Assembly (NCBI GenBank): GCA_902797225.1
Contig: CADBSD010000086.1
Coordinates: 8,498-32,497 of the forward strand
Length of the DNA: 24,000 nt
Source of the DNA: an uncultured Ruminococcus sp.
Lineage (GTDB): Bacteria > Bacillota > Clostridia > Oscillospirales > Acutalibacteraceae
Reading direction: 5' to 3'
Every line of letters starts with the position of its first letter. Position 1 is the stretch's first letter. The notes under the pieces are model-generated. The model was not told the origin of the DNA, did no database searches, and was given only the letters and a program-made list of their open reading frames with translations. A program made the translations under genes and the position numbers. Below, piece after piece: positions 23,324 to 24,000 of this stretch.

Positions 23324-23875
23324 TCAGCTCGCTACCGCTAATTTTGTAAGCGGTTTTCCCTCACACCATTGTTTTTCATAAACACGTGTGCATTTTCTGT
23401 ATTGATTGAACAGTCGGCGTGCTTTTTCCTCGTCGCCGTAAACCTTCCAGCAGCCTACGCATTTCGCGCGTGCCGCCTTGTTATTAATGAAGCCTTTTAC
23501 ATCCTCAACAGGATAACCGAGAAACAGTCCTATCTCGTGAGGGAACTCCTCCCCCTCGTCAAGACGTTTCATTAAACGAGCCAGACACTTACCGCAGTTA
23601 TCAGTATAATAACCGCGCTCTGTAAGCAATCCGCGGACTTCTTTATTCTTTAAGTCGGAAAAAAGCTTTGAAGGACGGAAAGCATAAATCAACGCCTTTT
23701 TATTCTTTAAGCGCAGAGGTAAAAAACGCATCCCCTTACATCCCAAGCTGAGATTTAACTCTCTTAAAAAAGCTAACAGCTCATTCTGATTATCATAGGA
23801 ACAGCTGAACAGACTGCCTGTTTTAAGTCCCGCCAAGGTCGGCGAGCAATATTTTACTATTACTTCTTCTGACAT
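23324..23875 (-). CDS. DUF3793-family protein (commonly found next to flavodoxin in Clostridia)
   Basis: 183 aa. The N-terminal motif KYCSPTLAGLKTGSLFSC, and later FPHEIGLFLGYPVEDVKGFI, match my recollection of DUF3793. AAGGAG RBS. It lies upstream of flavodoxin and in the same orientation. Confidence 0.75.
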   Translation of the reverse strand: MSEEVIVKYCSPTLAGLKTGSLFSCSYDNQNELLAFLRELNLSLGCKGMRFLPLRLKNKKALIYAFRPSKLFSDLKNKEVRGLLTERGYYTDNCGKCLARLMKRLDEGEEFPHEIGLFLGYPVEDVKGFINNKAARAKCVGCWKVYGDEEKARRLFNQYRKCTRVYEKQWCEGKPLTKLAVAS

Positions 23876-23891
23876 AGAATCTCCTTATATT

Positions 23892-23948
23892 TTAGTTAGC
23901 TTGCGCTAACTAACAGTTCTAAAAAATAGCGGTTAGTTACCACTAACC
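23892..23948. promoter_or_regulatory. Two related palindromes (RGTTAGY-N4-RCTAACY): candidate operator pair or leader hairpins
   Basis: IR1 is TTAGTTAGC-ttgc-GCTAACTAA (23892-23913, 9-bp arms). IR2 is GGTTAGT-tacc-ACTAACC (23931-23948, 7-bp arms). IR2 overlaps the predicted TSS. IR1 sits in the leader just before the RBS. Centres are 37 bp apart. Confidence 0.45.
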
Positions 23949-23951
23949 TGT

Positions 23952-23980
23952 ATTATATACTACTTTTTTTTATTTGTCAA
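23952..23980 (-). promoter_or_regulatory. Consensus sigma-A promoter TTGACA-17-TATAAT driving DUF3793-flavodoxin
   Basis: The minus strand has -35 TTGACA (plus tgtcaa, 23975-23980), an exactly 17-nt A-rich spacer and -10 TATAAT (plus attata, 23952-23957). The TSS is predicted near 23945, about 70 nt upstream of the ATG at 23875. Confidence 0.7.
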
Positions 23981-24000
23981 GAATTAATTTATAATTTCAA

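Noticed and set aside
1-24000. Search for CRISPR arrays, tRNA/rRNA genes, transposases, integrases and phage genes
   Set aside because: None was recognised on either strand. The only repeats are protein-domain repeats, linker repeats and the short regulatory direct repeats described above.

Overview
The window looks like a low-GC Bacillota (Clostridia-like) chromosomal segment. This is inferred from a PASTA kinase, an AgrC/AgrA-type two-component system, BspA-type LRR surface proteins, a DUF3793-flavodoxin pair and AT-rich codon usage. No rRNA, tRNA, CRISPR array, transposase or integrase was seen.

Layout:
- Positions 1-8233, minus strand: a secreted beta-helix protein and a 2349-aa secreted surface protein.
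- Positions 8234-8670: a 437-bp divergent control region with repeated regulator-type sites and orphan terminators.
- Positions 8671-20235, plus strand: an apparently single, tightly packed operon. It encodes the three-gene NHLM/Nif11-type export cassette (HlyD-like adaptor, C39-peptidase ABC exporter, second ABC exporter), one Nif11-leader double-glycine precursor with a hydrophobic 31-aa core, a STAS protein, a TIR-FHA fusion protein, a zinc-ribbon Hanks Ser/Thr kinase with three PASTA domains, and an LRR surface protein.
- Positions 20280-22364, minus strand: a convergent AgrC-like histidine kinase and LytTR response regulator.
- Positions 22843-23875, minus strand: a much GC-richer DUF3793-flavodoxin operon with a consensus promoter and twin palindromic operators.

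Main hunting results:
1. A peptide-export operon with no maturase and no recognisable immunity gene is instead joined to a STAS / TIR-FHA / PASTA-kinase module. This is a candidate undescribed secretion-coupled signalling or defence system.
2. A conserved 32-bp tandem direct-repeat element (GTAAYAA 12-mers with 20-bp periodicity) occurs three to four times. It lies in the control regions of the exporter operon, the giant surface-protein gene and the LytTR regulator gene.
3. A promoter-plus-terminator unit with no ORF, a candidate small RNA, lies between those sites.
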